Source of the DNA: Octopus sinensis
Taxonomy: Eukaryota
NCBI RefSeq assembly: GCF_006345805.1
Contig: NC_043001.1
Coordinates: 88,970,001-89,034,000, forward strand
DNA length: 64,000 nt
Direction: 5' to 3'
The stretch's first letter is position 1. Every line of letters begins with the position of its first letter. Of this stretch, positions 39,113-52,683 are shown piece by piece. The notes under the pieces are model-generated. The model saw only the letters and a list, made by a program, of their open reading frames with translations, was not told where the DNA came from and searched no databases. The translations under genes and the position numbers were made by a program.

Positions 39113-41360
39113 CATCCAACCTATTCCAGCATGGAAAAAGGGATGTTAAATGATGAAATGTATATTATTCCCTACCTTCCCTACTTATCATCCCTCAACA
39201 CTAGTTCTTCATTTATTATATTCACCTCTTCACCAACTTCTCCATCTCCCACTCTCCTATACTCTTACAACCCTTACTCACCCACCCTCTGTTCTGTCCC
39301 CTCTCACTAATACTCACCTTGTACCTTAAGAGTCCTTAAAAATCTCCTCCATTTTATTTTTATCACTTCCCAGGTCCACACTGGTCACTTACTTATATCT
39401 TCTCTTGTATAATATGAGCTGCTATGTATATCCTCTACAGCAGGGGTGGGGAAACCCCCACCTGCGAGCACATTCTATTGTGCCTGCAGGCCGATATACT
39501 CATGTACAAAATATAATACATTTTTCAATTATAAAATTTATACAATATTTGTATGCCTGTTTGCGACTTAAAATGGTTGGACTTGAACAGAAATCATCCG
39601 GTGATTGCCATTTGAATGGAAATTTTGTTTTCACTATAGAACACATATTGCTAGGTTTGTACCACCCCCTTGAAACCCAACTACACTCTAGCTGAAAAAT
39701 ATAGAACACTGCATAAGTAATATAAACGTCCTAAATTCGGTGGTGGCTTTAATGAAGATGTTACACATTAATTTAATGTGTTAAACTTATCTGTATTAAT
39801 GTATATCGAATTATACATAGATATATACAAGATTTACAGATATATAAGATTTAGAACTTGTAGTCTGCCTGCGGACCTTTTCCGTTGGAAATTTTTGCCT
39901 GCCCACTAAAAAGTTTCCCATCCCCTGCTCTACAGCAAGAAACTCATTCTGATCTATTCCTTCATACTTTAACCTCTCATCACCCAGCATAAATACGGCA
40001 ACCTCAATGAGTGCTTTTCTGTGGATGATGCCAGGTAGACAGCACCCAGCACATTCTGTAAAGTGGTTGGCATTGGGAAGAGCATCCAACAGATATTGCA
40101 GTCCTCTGATAAGCCTTTCAAACCAGCCAGTCCATGCCAGCATGAAAGACAAGCATTCAAAGATGGTAGTGATGATTCTATATACTTACATTTGGCGTGG
40201 CTGTGTGGTAAGAAGCTTGCTTCTCAGCCATATGTGCAGTCCCACTGTGTGGCACCTTGGGCAAGTGTCTTCTACTATAGCCTTGGGGTGACCAAAACCT
40301 TGTGAGTGGTTTTGGTAGCCTGTTGTATATATTTATGTGTGTGTCTTTGTATCTGTATTTATCTCCCCATCATCGCTTGACAACCAATGTTGGTGTGTTT
40401 ATGTTCCTGTAACTTAGTGGTTTAGCAAAAGAGACTGATAGAATAAGTCCTGGGGTTGATTTCTTTGACTAAAAGCCTTTAAGGGAGTGCTCCAACATGA
40501 CTGAAACAAATAAAAGAATATATATATACACACACAGGTATGTATATGTGCATATGTATATATTTATATAGAAGCTTGAAACAGCAATGGATTAATATAT
40601 TGGCATGCATAACATTTACAATGTATATATAGGTTTGGAATGGCACTAGCAGTAACTTCTCAAAGACACTTGTGTGTTAAACAACATGGTTCACTGGACT
40701 GATTTGGTATCTTCAGTGACTAATATTTCAGTCATTCTAAGATATATATATATATAAAACATATACAGAAAGAGAGAAATGGTGACAGTGATTGCGTACA
40801 TCAACAATAGAGCAGAAAGGAAATATCTCAGGTAAGTTTATTATGTAATGAATCAACAAGTACTTGTACAGACAGCACACAATAAAAGACAACTAACCAA
40901 CATATTGTCAGAACTTACTGGCAACAAATATTATGAAACTCCTAATGCTAGAATGAAGAAAGACAAGACACAACCCAAAAGTACATGACCCATTAATTGC
41001 ATCCAGTCATTTCTAAGCCTTAGGATTGCTCAAGTGGAGTTGACCTTGACAACAGTGATTGTATCCAGCATGTCCACTTATTTTCTTTACAGGCTCTCTC
41101 AAACTATCACACATTACCATCTCAAAGAACCAAATTGTTTTATCAGCTTTTCCTTACCCTGGTTCATGCCCCAGACCTTGTTGTGAACATTTCAATTCTT
41201 CAGTAAACTATAAACCTCCCTCATATTTTTTCCTGCAAACAATGACCTAAAGTTGTCTATGCTAAACATCAATCACACCAACTTCATCACTCAGGAAGGG
41301 TCCTAAATGGTCATGGACACTGCCTCTCCTACTCTGTGTATCATATGAAAAAAAAATTCC

Positions 41361-41645
41361 ACCTTGCTAGTGCCGCTGGACTGACTCCTGTGCAGGTGGC
41401 ACATAAAAAGCACCATTTGAGCGTGGGCATTCGCAGTACCGCCTGTCTGGCCCTCATGCTGGTGGCACATAAAAGCACCCACTACACTCTCGGAGTGGCT
41501 GGCATTAGGAAGGCCATCCAGCTGTAGAAACTCTGCCAGATCAGATTGGAGTCTGGTGCAGCCATCTGGTTCACCAGACATCAGTCAAATCGTCCAACCC
41601 ATGCTAGCATGGAAAGCGGACATTAAACGATGATGATGATGATGT
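41361..41645 (+). mobile_element. Family C SINE with 5' tandem units
   Basis: ggtggcac nodes 66 bp apart, (GAT)n tail. Confidence 0.85.
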
Positions 41646-42954
41646 AGAGACAAAATGTTAATCCTTGTTAATGTCTGGAAGTACTCAGAATATATTAAAC
41701 TGTCAGAAAATGACTGCAACAAATCCTCTCACAAGACATATGTAACCAGGCAAAATATTTTTGTCTAATAGTCTCAACCACCTGGAATCTCTCAAAAATC
41801 TCAAATGCCAGTAACAACCTGAAAATGTATAAAACTAAAAAGAAGAAAATCTAAAAAGTTGAGCTAATGTGGAAACCACTGTATGATCATTTTATCAAAT
41901 CCAAAATTTAAATCTCATCCTGTAGCTTGAAAAAAAAAAGGACGTTATCTAATATGAGCTTAGATATGTTGTACCTGAAAGAAAATTAAAGATGTAACGG
42001 TCTCAGCTAAAATACCTTTGATCATAGCCCTGTTTGATTACTACTAGATAAAAATGACAACATCCCACCTTCGTTGCTAGAAGAAGCCCTCCACCACTAA
42101 TATGAACTGTGTTGATGTATGTACCATTATACTTCATCTCACTTCATATTGTTGGTATAGAGCCAAGATTTGGGGAATCTATTTTACAGAACATCACAAG
42201 CCACTGTTGAACACACACATTCTGCCAAGGTATTACTCTCTTCCCCCACCTACTCTCTCTCTCTCTCTCTCTCTTGTTTTTCCTTTCAGTCAACTCCTGC
42301 TCCTTTATGCACTCACGCTTTCTCTCTGTGCAAACATATATACATACCTCTTTCATTATGCAAACACTCATACACACAACACACACAAAATGCACTCTCT
42401 ATCTCCCTCAGCAATCTTTTGTCTTTCTCATATATATACACATTTTCTCACTCTCTCAACTATTAAATATACACACAAAACACATACATACACACGCTCC
42501 CCTGCTCTCTATCCCTTTTACCATTCACTTCTTATATACTCTCTTTCTCTCTCTTAAATACACACACAAAACATGTACATACAAAGGACACACTAACGTG
42601 ATCAAAAGTTCTTGAAACAGAAAGTACCTCTGTAATATATGAAGGTCAAACAAACTATAGAAAACAATGTTTGTGTTGACTATAGTGCAAGATGATGGAT
42701 GTGGTGGATTTTACTGTAGCATGATACTCCTTTTAGCTTATACATTTCCCTTGCTCAGATTAGAAATATGTCGACATTGGCATTCTTTGAATTTAAACAA
42801 GACACTAATCTTTGGGAATTATATAAATATAATGCTAGTAGTTTGGTCATCTTTTATTTGCACGTTTTCTATCACTACTACACCAGTAACATTAGTAATA
42901 GTTTATTACAAAGACAGGAGTCCTAAATATAAATTTCCAGTGTTCATACATGGT

Positions 42955-43385
42955 GCAGATATGACTGTATGGTTAAGATGTTCATTTTCCAACCACCTGG
43001 TTTCAAGTTCAGTCCTACTATAGGATACCTTGGATATATGTTCTCTATCATAGTCCTACAACAACCAAAACCTTGTGAGTGGATTTGGTAGCTGGAAAGT
43101 GAAAGAAGCCTGTTGTACACACACACATATATGAACATGTGTGTGTGTGTGTATGTTTCTATCACCTTGCCTTGGCTTCACAGGGTAGCTACGAACAAGT
43201 GTCACCATGATACAAGAAGAGTTCCACATTTTTAGACTTACATAAAAACATGTCCAGCCATGAGGAAGTATTATTACCTTGCTTGGAAATAGGAAAGGCA
43301 TCTGCCTGTAGAAAACTATTCCAATGAATCCCATCTGCTTCATACAAGCTTGGAAAAATGGACATTAAAATGATGGTGAAGATGA
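42955..43385 (+). mobile_element. Family D SINE (family A head with an alternative GAT-ending tail)
   Basis: A-type head, then ggaaatattaccttgcttggaaa...gaagggcatc...catgcaagcatggaaaa tail; related copies at 7829-8075, 10370-10610, 33690-34055(-), 34360-34710 and 45480-45790(-). Confidence 0.7.
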
Positions 43386-43589
43386 TATCTTTCTGAAAAA
43401 CACTTATAAAAAACAGCAGCAATCTCAGACACTATTATTTCTGCTAATATTTTATAATAGTTAAAACTGCTTACATTAGTCTTCCAGAGTTGTGACACTG
43501 TACATCACACCCATAGCATGACCTTCAGGGTCAAATGTGAACAATCATTTTCAGCATCATTTCAACATGGTCATTGTCATTTCAATGTC

Positions 43590-44250
43590 TGATTTTCCAT
43601 GCTGGCATGGATTGAGTAGGTCTTATGTATAGCTTAGTATCAATCTTTCATCATGTTTTCATGGAAGCTCAGCATCCTGAATTCTTTACTTCACCACATT
43701 TTCCTGTCTATTTTGGTCTACTTTTTCCAGTCATCCACCACCAACAACACACAAGACTTAGTCATCAGCTACTTGTATTACATATCTATACAACCAAAGA
43801 TGTCTTTTCTACATACATTAGCTGTGTTTTTCTATACATCATCCTATGATGCATGTAGACCCATCATAGGTGATGCTTCCTGTAGTCATTAGGTGTTTCA
43901 GGTCATTCAACAATCAAGCACCTTCACCCAAGTGACTCAGCCTAACATTTGGCCAAATCCTAGCTTGTGCCCAATTAGCCCAGTCCCATGAAGCACTACC
44001 CTTTCCAGGGCTCACATTTCCTTATCCACAATGACCTTGAAGCAATCTCTTGTCTCCATAGCTGACTTGAAAGCTTTCTACCTACTGGCTCTAGCAATGC
44101 CCATTGTGTTATAAGCTTAGCAGAAGGACTGGCCTGAAAACCCACTGCATCCCACCTCAGTGGGATCACGCTTTACTGTTCACCCATTCTTTTAGCATAA
44201 CTCTGCAAGCTTAGTCCTCCCATAGTGGAAGTGAATGAAATATACAGTGC
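43590..44250 (-). mobile_element. Degenerate RTE-like LINE 3' region
   Basis: Residual RTE C-terminal wording (W.EVV..D-like) on the minus strand with many stops. Confidence 0.4.
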
Positions 44251-44926
44251 TCCGGTACACTTCAACTCGTCAAAAAAGGGCCAAAAAGAAGACAAAGTAG
44301 CAATAAGTCACATAAAGAAAGACAACAGTGATAGCTAGAAGCACGTGTATCATACACAGAATAAAACACAAGACAGAAAAGTGTACAATAAAAGAGCCTT
44401 AAGAGAGGAAAGGGTGCATAGGTATGTCAGTAGTGTGGGTGAATTTTGGTAAGCATAGAATTTTTGAAGGATACAGTGTCCTTACAGTTAACAACTGATA
44501 TGGGTAATTTATTCTATGCCTCAACAATTCTGAGTGGAACAAAATGCTGCATTATTTTTTTGATTTTATGAATATGTCCTCAGATGGCAGAGGTATTCAA
44601 TTTACAAAGGTAGCCTATGTTGTTACTGTTGTAAGGATGATGATTATTCATTATTGCTGGGCATTGAAGCTTTAGCATGGCAATACCTGGAGAAGCAAGA
44701 TATTCAGGATAGATGAAGTGATAGATGGAGGGTATTTGTTGAGATTCAACTAGATAGGGGATCAAACTGTAGATATAACCTGTGTGAACATACTTTGGCC
44801 ATATATGGTTTTAAATAAGCTGAACTAGTGATCACCTCATACTGTATTTCTTGGAAGTTAACATTGCATATCCAAAGCTCTTCCGTATTTGTTATTCATA
44901 TCTCATTACTACATAATCTTACATAG

Positions 44927-45385
44927 CTATTATATAAAATCCATTCTGTCTGTCTGTGTGTGGCTTCTAAGATTCGGGCATCCTCCATCCGATTGTGCTC
45001 AAATTTGATATGTAGATACCGACAGTATAAGGGCATGTATAAGTCTTGAAAAAATTACAAAAAAATCGATTGCAGGTGAGAATGCAATCGATAAAGCCGT
45101 GGGAAAGTGCATTTGTACATGCAAGTACATCAGCTGTTGTGATGTACTTACAGGTAATTTAAACTCTTCGGTTGCATATTTGTGTGAATAAAATCGGTTT
45201 TCTTTGGAATAGAAAAAAAGTCTATCTTTATTTCTTTTTTTACTGGTATCTCAAATTTAGGTTAAATCAGTGTTTCTCAAAGGGGAGGCCTATCGGACGG
45301 TTGGACAAGTTGTTTTGAGAAAATTTGGTTTACATGTTTGACAACTCAGCACTGTCCATTGGACGGGGGGGGGGCGTTTTGCTAG
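44927..45385 (+). mobile_element. Degenerate non-autonomous Helitron
   Basis: 5' ctattatataaaat...tgtctgtctgtgtgt...atccgatt..caaatttg; 3' CTAG at 45382-45385 followed by T. Confidence 0.55.
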
Positions 45386-46624
45386 TACTTTGTACGTTGG
45401 TTAACCTCTCAGTTTATATCTCATGTATTTCAGTACAATATAACCAACAGATCCTTATCATCATTTTAACATATTTTTGCATGGGTCAGATGAAATTCAT
45501 TAAGGCAGATTTTCAACAACTAGATGTCCTTCCTGTCACTAACCCTCACCTGTTTCCAAGTAAGGTAACACATCCCCTTGGCTGGACATGTTTTCACTGG
45601 AGTATGGAAATGACGTACATCGTTTGCATCATGGTGACTCTAGCACGCTTGTATTTTGTGATGTCAAGACAAGAAGACACAAGCACATACACACACAAGC
45701 ACACAGATTTGCTTCACAGTCATGTTGTTCAAGTTCAATCCCACTTTGCTGCACTGTCTTCTACTATAGCCATAAGTGAGTGGATTTGGTAAGCAGAAAC
45801 TGAAACAAGCTCAGTATGTATATGTAAATTTATGGATGTGTGTGTGTGTGTTTATCCTTGTCTTGTCTCCATGTGATGGTTGTTAACAAACATTACTGCC
45901 TTATTAGTGATGTTGATCGTTTCCAGTCTTCTCTGAAAAATATATCTGGCCATGGGAAATATTATCTTGCATGGAAACAGATGAAGGATGGTGACAGGAA
46001 TGGCAAACAACAGTAGAAAATTTAGTCTAATCTTTGTACGTGAACGTTAAAATGATGACAACAGTGATAATGATGTGTGTGTGTGTGAGAGAGCTGCTTT
46101 TAGTTTTTGTGTACTAAATGCACTCATCAGGCTTTGATTGGCCCAGGGCTATAGTAGAAGACACTTGCTCAAACTATGGGACGGATCCTGAAACAATGTG
46201 GTTAGGAAGCAGCCCCCATATATCCAAATCCAGTGCAACTATGTCTCACATTATCCATGTAATGGATGCTTCTAATCGATGGACATCGACACACACGGTG
46301 ATATCTGTTGTTACCAACTGAGACAATAACACCTTGAGTGTTTCATATCCAGCTTTTCGCTAGTGACTGTATCATCACCACAACCACACCCAACACTAAG
46401 TAACAAAAGGTATCTAGTAGAGTCTATGTAAATTCTGAGTTACTCAGGCATAAGAATCCCACTCTAACCACTTCGTCATTGAAGTGTTAAGAAGTTATAG
46501 AGCAAGATAAGCAACATTGTTTTGTAATGGAATTTATTGTTTAATTTTATTAGGGGAGGTTACTGATACGTTTCTCTCAGAGTTATCTCCCTTAAAATAA
46601 GCATATGCTCGCGCGTGCGTGTGA

Positions 46625-46790
46625 AGGTGTGTGATGTAGTGGTTAGGGCCTTCGGCTCACGATCGTGAGCTCAAATCCCGGCGACGCGTTGTGTCCTTAA
46701 GCAAGACGCTTTATTTCACGTTGCTCCAGTCCACTCAGCTGGTGAAAATGAATTGTACCTGTATTTCAAAGGGCCGGCCTTGTCACGCTT
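46625..46790 (+). mobile_element. tRNA-derived SINE, family F
   Basis: A/B-box-like head, then gtgtccttaagcaagac...ttgctccagtccactcagctg; related copy at ~61735-61840. Confidence 0.65.
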
Positions 46791-46823
46791 AATATTACTG
46801 AGAACTACGTTAAGGGTACACAT

Positions 46824-47077
46824 GTCTGGGGAGATTCATTCTCTTTTAGTGCCTTATAATTTAACACACTCACCCGCAAAGTTTCCATTCATTTACTTAT
46901 TTATTTTTCTAAAATTGTCGTTGCGTCGTGTAACCTATTCAATAGTTGTTGACAACTATTGAAAAGGTTGCAAGATGCAACGAAAATTTTAGAAAAATAT
47001 ATAAGTAAATGAGTGGAAACTTTACGGGTGAGTGTGTTAAATTATAAGGCACCAAAAGCGAATGACTCTCCCCAGAC
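46824..47077. repeat. Near-perfect 254-bp palindrome (fold-back MITE)
   Basis: Arms gtctgggga...ttcaatagttg and caactattgaa...tccccagac with a 2-4 nt loop at ~46950. Confidence 0.9.
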
Positions 47078-47187
47078 CCAACAGAATATGCTTCAACACA
47101 AGAACTTACATAAAGAATCTCGCAAACCAAATCCAAAAACGAAATATCTATAAATGAACAATGTTTTGTGTGTGTGAATGTTTCATA

Positions 47188-48037
47188 CGAAGTCTGATCA
47201 ATAAGTATCTGAACTGTTGCCATAGTAACACAGAGTGAAACCGCTTGGCATAGATTGGCCTTGAATTCTGCTGTGCATGCGCTCCAACTTTAACATTCTT
47301 GCTCACTTCCGCTGTTTACAGCAGTACTTGGAAGGAAGATGTGGTGTGTGATCGTCGCATTGACCATGACAGAGAAAGTTGTCATACTGATACCTGCTCA
47401 GAGGCCTACGCAAAGTTGCAGAAAGAGTATGGAGAGGAGTGTATGAGCAGTACACAGGTATAGAAGTGCTTCAGACATTTCCAAGATGACCGAAAAATTG
47501 TCAATATTGATGAACGTTCTGGGAAACCCGCAACCAGCAGAACTGAGAAAAGCACGCAGCTGTGAGGGGAAATCGTCGAATTAACACCTGTGAGTTATCA
47601 GACGATGTGCAAATTAGTTACGGTTCAGTTCAGTCCATTATCACTGAAGATTTGGGTATGAGATGTGTGTCTGCCAAGATTGTGCCAAAACTGCTTTTAG
47701 CAGACCAAAAAGACACCTGGGTTTCAGTTGCACAAGATCTTGTATTGAGAATGATGAAAACTTTGCATAGGTCTCTGAACAGGTATCACCAAGCTTTTGG
47801 CAAAATTTGATGCAGATTCTCTGCTCAACTTTCTCTGTCATGATCAATGAGACAATCGTACGCTACACATCTTCCTTCCAAGCACTGCTGTAAACAGCAA
47901 AAGTGAGCTAAAACTTTAAAACTTAGTGCGCAATGCACAGCAGAGTTCAAAGGTCAAACTGTGCCAAGCAGCTTTACTCTGCGTGCTTTAGCTTCGCTAT
48001 TATAGCAACAGTCCGGATACTTATTGATCAGACCATG
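47188..48037. mobile_element. Defective mariner with two left ends
   Basis: TA-flanked TIRs (gtctgatcaataagtatc); transposase N-terminal remnants on both strands (MTEKVEQRICIKFCQKLGDTCSETYAK on minus; SAKIVPKLL on plus). Confidence 0.85.
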
Positions 48038-48442
48038 TATATATTTTAACCAGTTTCAGCTCGAAAGCTACAGTCATGCTGGGCCACCACAATTTTAGTC
48101 GAACGAATCGACCCAGTGTTTATTTTTAAGCCTTGTATTTATCCTATTGGTCAATTTTGCCGAACCACTAAATTAAGGTGGTGTCATAAACACACCAGCA
48201 CTGGTTGTCAAGCAGTGGTAGGGGATAAACACACAACACGCGCAAGCACATATATATATATATATGTATAACAAGCTTCTTTCAGTTTCTGTCTACCAAA
48301 TCTACTCACAAGGCTTTGGTCAGCCCAGAGCTATATATATATATAGTAGAAGACACATGCCCAAGGTGCTGTGCAGTGGGACTGAACTCAGAACGATGTG
48401 GCTGGAAAAAAAACTTCAATGCGCCTTTGGCATGTGATCTAC

Positions 48443-48841
48443 AAGGGTGATTACTTTAGGTTACTTTTTAAATTAATTTGTACATACTTAGCATTGTATA
48501 TGTATTTTTTCAAAATTCTTACTATTTTAATGATAACAAACCCATATAATAATTAAAATAAGCGCGTAGATTGCCCACCAAAGTAAATTTGCTCACGTAG
48601 GTCACACAGAAATTGGCACAAGGACAAAGTAAACTAAAAAATAACCTAAAGTAATCACTCTTTAAATTGTAGAACACAGCAAAGTGGCACGTTTCTTTAG
48701 GAGAAATCATGTGGATTTAGTGCTGGTTTCTTATTTAAATGCAACTGTCTTCATCTCATCGCTGATCACATTTTAAAAATCTTTAGCCAATATCTTGTGA
48801 GTTTTTAGAAATTGAAAAGTAACCTAAAGTAATCTCCCTTG
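48443..48841. mobile_element. Tc1/mariner-type MITE, 399 bp
   Basis: TA TSD; ~27-bp TIRs caagggtgattactttaggttactttt and aaaagtaacctaaagtaatctcccttg. Confidence 0.88.
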
Positions 48842-49159
48842 TATACTTCACCTCAAAATACTTTCAATGAAATTTGATCTCATGCATATCATATTATGTA
48901 ATTAACCTAAATGAAATCGAAATATCTATGTGTGTGTGTGTTAGAGACACATGTACACACACAACGATAACTTCCATCAACCAAATTTAATTACAAGGCT
49001 TCAGTTAGCTCAAGGCTTTAGCAGAAGACATTTGCCCAAGGTATATACAGTGGGACTGAACCCGAAACCATATGGCTGGGAAGCAAGTTTTCTAACTATG
49101 CGCATATGTATGCGTGTGTGTGTGTGTATAATATATATATATATATATATGTATGTATA

Positions 49160-51100
49160 TTAGGTTGGCAACTAAGTTCCCGCCATTTTTTTAAAATTTA
49201 AACTTTTAAAAGGTTTAATAAAAAATAACAACTAATTAATCAATAATGTATTCATCCTTGTTGCTTACAACTTCTTCCCAACGTTCAACAAGATTTTCAA
49301 TACTTCGTTGGTAGAAATCACCCGATTTCGACTTGAAAAATTTGATCCAACCAAGCTCTCAATTCTGCATCAGTATTGAATGAAACGCATATCATTTGAA
49401 AGAGATCGAAAGAGGTGGAAATTCGTTGGTGCCAAATCAGGAGAATATGGCAGGTGTGGCATCACTTCCCAGCCATGTGTTTGAATAGCTTTGTAATGAG
49501 CAAAATTGATTTATATATAATATTGTGATCAATGCATTAAGTTTTAAGAAAATACTTATTTACCGTTATGTTACAAATACCTTGCCTCGATGGGCAGATT
49601 ATGATAGATCCAAAAGCATGCAAAAGAAAGTTAGATGCAGTAGAATGTTTCTTTACATAGTTTGGCGTATACAAATAGTTAGTAGTAATCCACAGATAGT
49701 GATAGAATGATGTTGTAAGAGAACAGAATTAGAGCTAGAGAGAATTGTTGGGTGTTGTCTGACAGTAAACTTCATTTCTCTCGCTGACCATTATCTTTAG
49801 TAGCCGCATTCCTTGTGATCATGATTCTAGCAGTCCATTCCCTTACTAATTGAGTTGTCACCGACTGTAACCAACTGATTTTTGCTTGGGATGTGCTGGC
49901 TTATATAACTATCAAGAAGGATAGATATATCATTGAGAACAATAGATTTAGTTGGTGGTCTTCTTATCTCTATTCTAGCTTTTGGTGAAGTAGAAGAGGT
50001 TAGAAAGGGTCAAGTGGTGAAAACATTATTCCGGCCTAACTAAAGGCATCTGGAAAATGTAAAACTGCTGTCAGAGAAAAACCATTGTTTCATCATGGGA
50101 AAAGTTCTGCTGCAGTGTTAATTTAAATTTGGGTATGGTGGATCGAATCCGCTTCATGCTTGCAAAATCCACTACAGCTTCTTTGATCATATTGGTGATA
50201 TGAGGGCGGGCGTTGTTGTGCAACAGAACTCTTTGCTGGCGATTAGGTCTTTTCATTTGAATAACCGTGTTGAGTCATTCCATCTGTTGAACATAGAGTT
50301 CTGCATTGACTGTTTGGTTCCATTCAAGCAATTCATAATAGATAATCCCTTCCCAGTCCCACCATACACACGTTGTTTTATGCTGATGAAGATCTTGTTT
50401 CACGTATGGTGTCACTTGTTTACCGGGGCTAAGCCATTCCTTATGCTACTTCATATTGATGTACAGGCAGCATTTTTCGTCGCCTTTAATGATTCAGTAA
50501 AGAAATCATTGCTTGTGTCTGTGAGTTGAGCAGTGACGAGCAAGCAAACCAGCAGAGATTGTGTCTTGTTGATTTTTGTTGCTGCCACTTAAACCATGCA
50601 GAACCCATGCTCCATACTTCTGAACCTTTCCCATCGAGTGAAGATGCTTCTCTATAGCAGTGTGGGAGCATTCCATTTTCTCCTCCAGTTCTCTTGTCTT
50701 TTGATGAGAATTTTCGTGCAAAAGTTAGTTTAATTGCTCTTCATTGAACTGAACTGGACGGCTAGAATGAGGTGCATCTTTGAGGTCAAAATTTCCATTT
50801 TTGAACTTGGCATACCAATCATGAGCAGTTCTTTCAGCTATGGCGCCCTCTCCATACATAGCACAAATCTCACGAGCAGCTTTTGTGGCCTTAGAACCTG
50901 GATTAAAAGCAAGAAGAAAGAGGCGTTGAAAATGCTTGTTTTTCTTAACTTGACATTCCATTTTAATAATCTGAAAATAAACTAAAATTAGGTAGAAAAA
51001 AACAAAACAAAATAGATTCCAAAATAATTCAAAAATAGAATTCTTGAAAAAAATAGATTCCAAAATTTTAAAAAATGGTGGGAACTTAGTTGCCAACCCA

Positions 51101-51101
<1 letters not shown>
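49160..51101 (-). mobile_element. Mariner transposon (decayed) interrupted by a solo LTR
   Basis: TA-flanked TIRs ggttggcaactaagttccc; ATG at 50961 (MECQVKKNKHF...AREICAMYGEGAIAERTAHDWYAKFKNG), LHNNARPH and PYSPDLAPTNFHLF; removing the insertion leaves 1253 bp. Confidence 0.92.
49492..50176. mobile_element. Solo LTR, 685 bp
   Basis: TGTAAT...ACTACA termini; exact TSD GCTT (49488-49491 and 50177-50180); excision rejoins KEA|IQTHGWEV of the transposase. Confidence 0.85.
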
Positions 51102-51159
<58 letters not shown>

Positions 51160-51647
51160 CACTCACACTTTTATCTAATTGGCAGTAGTTAAAAGTTTGA
51201 TAAGTGCCAATGCACGAAACTTTTGTCCTTTGAGTCACTTTTGCCAATTGAATAAAAAAGTATGATTATGCATATTTCTATAAAAGTGCGCATACATATG
51301 TGAGTGTAAGGGTTCATAAATATGTATATATGCACATATATGTGTGTATGTACATTCACTTATACATATATATATATATGTGAATGAATATATGTATTCA
51401 TATGCATACCTACACAAACATTTACATATGTTGATAGATATGTCTTTATGTGCTTCTGTGTGTGTGTGTGTAATCTTACCATTTTAGCCAGCAGCCAGTT
51501 ATGTATCAGGTATCCTATTGCCAAAGAGTTTCTATAAACTACCACAGAATCTGACACACTTTTACAGGAACAGCTGGTGTTTCTAGATATTGCTGTTATT
51601 CAGTAGTCTTATTTTTAATTGCATGCTTAATAATAATAGTGATAATA

Positions 51648-51703
<56 letters not shown>

Positions 51704-51979
51704 GAATAAAAAGTTTTGAATGGTACAACAATGCATTATAATATAGACAATGGACTATATACCTGTTGTAACTTAGTCATCTATAGTCTGATATGATATT
51801 TTGGAATAATATTCCTTCTTCAGATATTCTTAGATGGAGTCGCTACTATAATCAGTTTTCTAACGGCTTTCCTTTTTTATTTTATTATAAAGTTACAAAG
51901 TGACTCAAAGGCCAGGAGTTTCGTGCATTGGCACTTATCAAACCTTGTAACTACTGACAATTAGATATTTGTGCGTGTG
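51160..51979. mobile_element. Non-autonomous DNA transposon with ~80-bp TIRs in (TA)n
   Basis: tatctaattggcagtagttaaaagtttgataagtgccaatgcacgaaac...gagtcacttt (51172-51241) is inverted at 51897-51967. Confidence 0.78.
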
Positions 51980-52011
51980 TATATATATATATGTATATAT
52001 ATATATAATAC

Positions 52012-52044
<33 letters not shown>

Positions 52045-52046
<2 letters not shown>

Positions 52047-52600
52047 GCCCTGATGCAGTACCAGGCAGTGGCTCTCATGGCTTCTGATCTTAACTGATTG
52101 GAAGTGTTATCATGTACATTGTTTTGTCTTGGTATAAAAGATGGGCTACAGCAAATATTCTACTCAATACCACAGATTTGCTTGTCAGTTGTTTGACCTT
52201 AACCAGTTGAGCATGTCCCTTAGTGTCTGACGATATGTGCATCTCTGATCACGAGCAGAAGTAGTGGGGGAGCATCATAGCCATGTGTTGAGAGGGATTC
52301 GTTGTGGTTTGAATAATTCACCTCTGGAAACATGGGTGGTTTTTTCAACATCCTTAAACAACCCTTATTCAGGGACCGTTTGAGCGGGATGGGCTACTCA
52401 ACCTGAAGAAAATTCTAACTGGGCCCCACCTGCAAGGTCATGTGCTGTTTATCTTGATATGAGATCACTATGTCGCGCACATTTGGTTGTGATGCATGTG
52501 CCTGGTGTGCCCTTGTCAGACGGGTGGTCATGATGGGTATATTGGGCTTCGTATATTTTACCCCAGTGTCACTTTGATGGCATGAACTGCTCTCTCACTC
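52045..52600 (+). mobile_element. Unclassified (AAT)n-flanked element, longest copy (556 bp)
   Basis: Begins atgccctgatgcagtaccaggc after (AAT)n, ends ctctcactc followed by (AAT)n; no long ORF, no TIR, no clear B box. Confidence 0.85.
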
Positions 52601-52683
52601 AATAATAATAATAATCATGTACATTGTTTTGTCTTGGTATAAAAGATGGGCTACAGCAATAATAATAATAATAATCATGTATA

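Noticed and set aside
52045-52120. HDV-like or hammerhead ribozyme at the 5' end of the AAT element
   Set aside because: I could not assemble P1/P2/P3/L3 pairings or a GAAA-closed stem II by eye; left for a computational scan.
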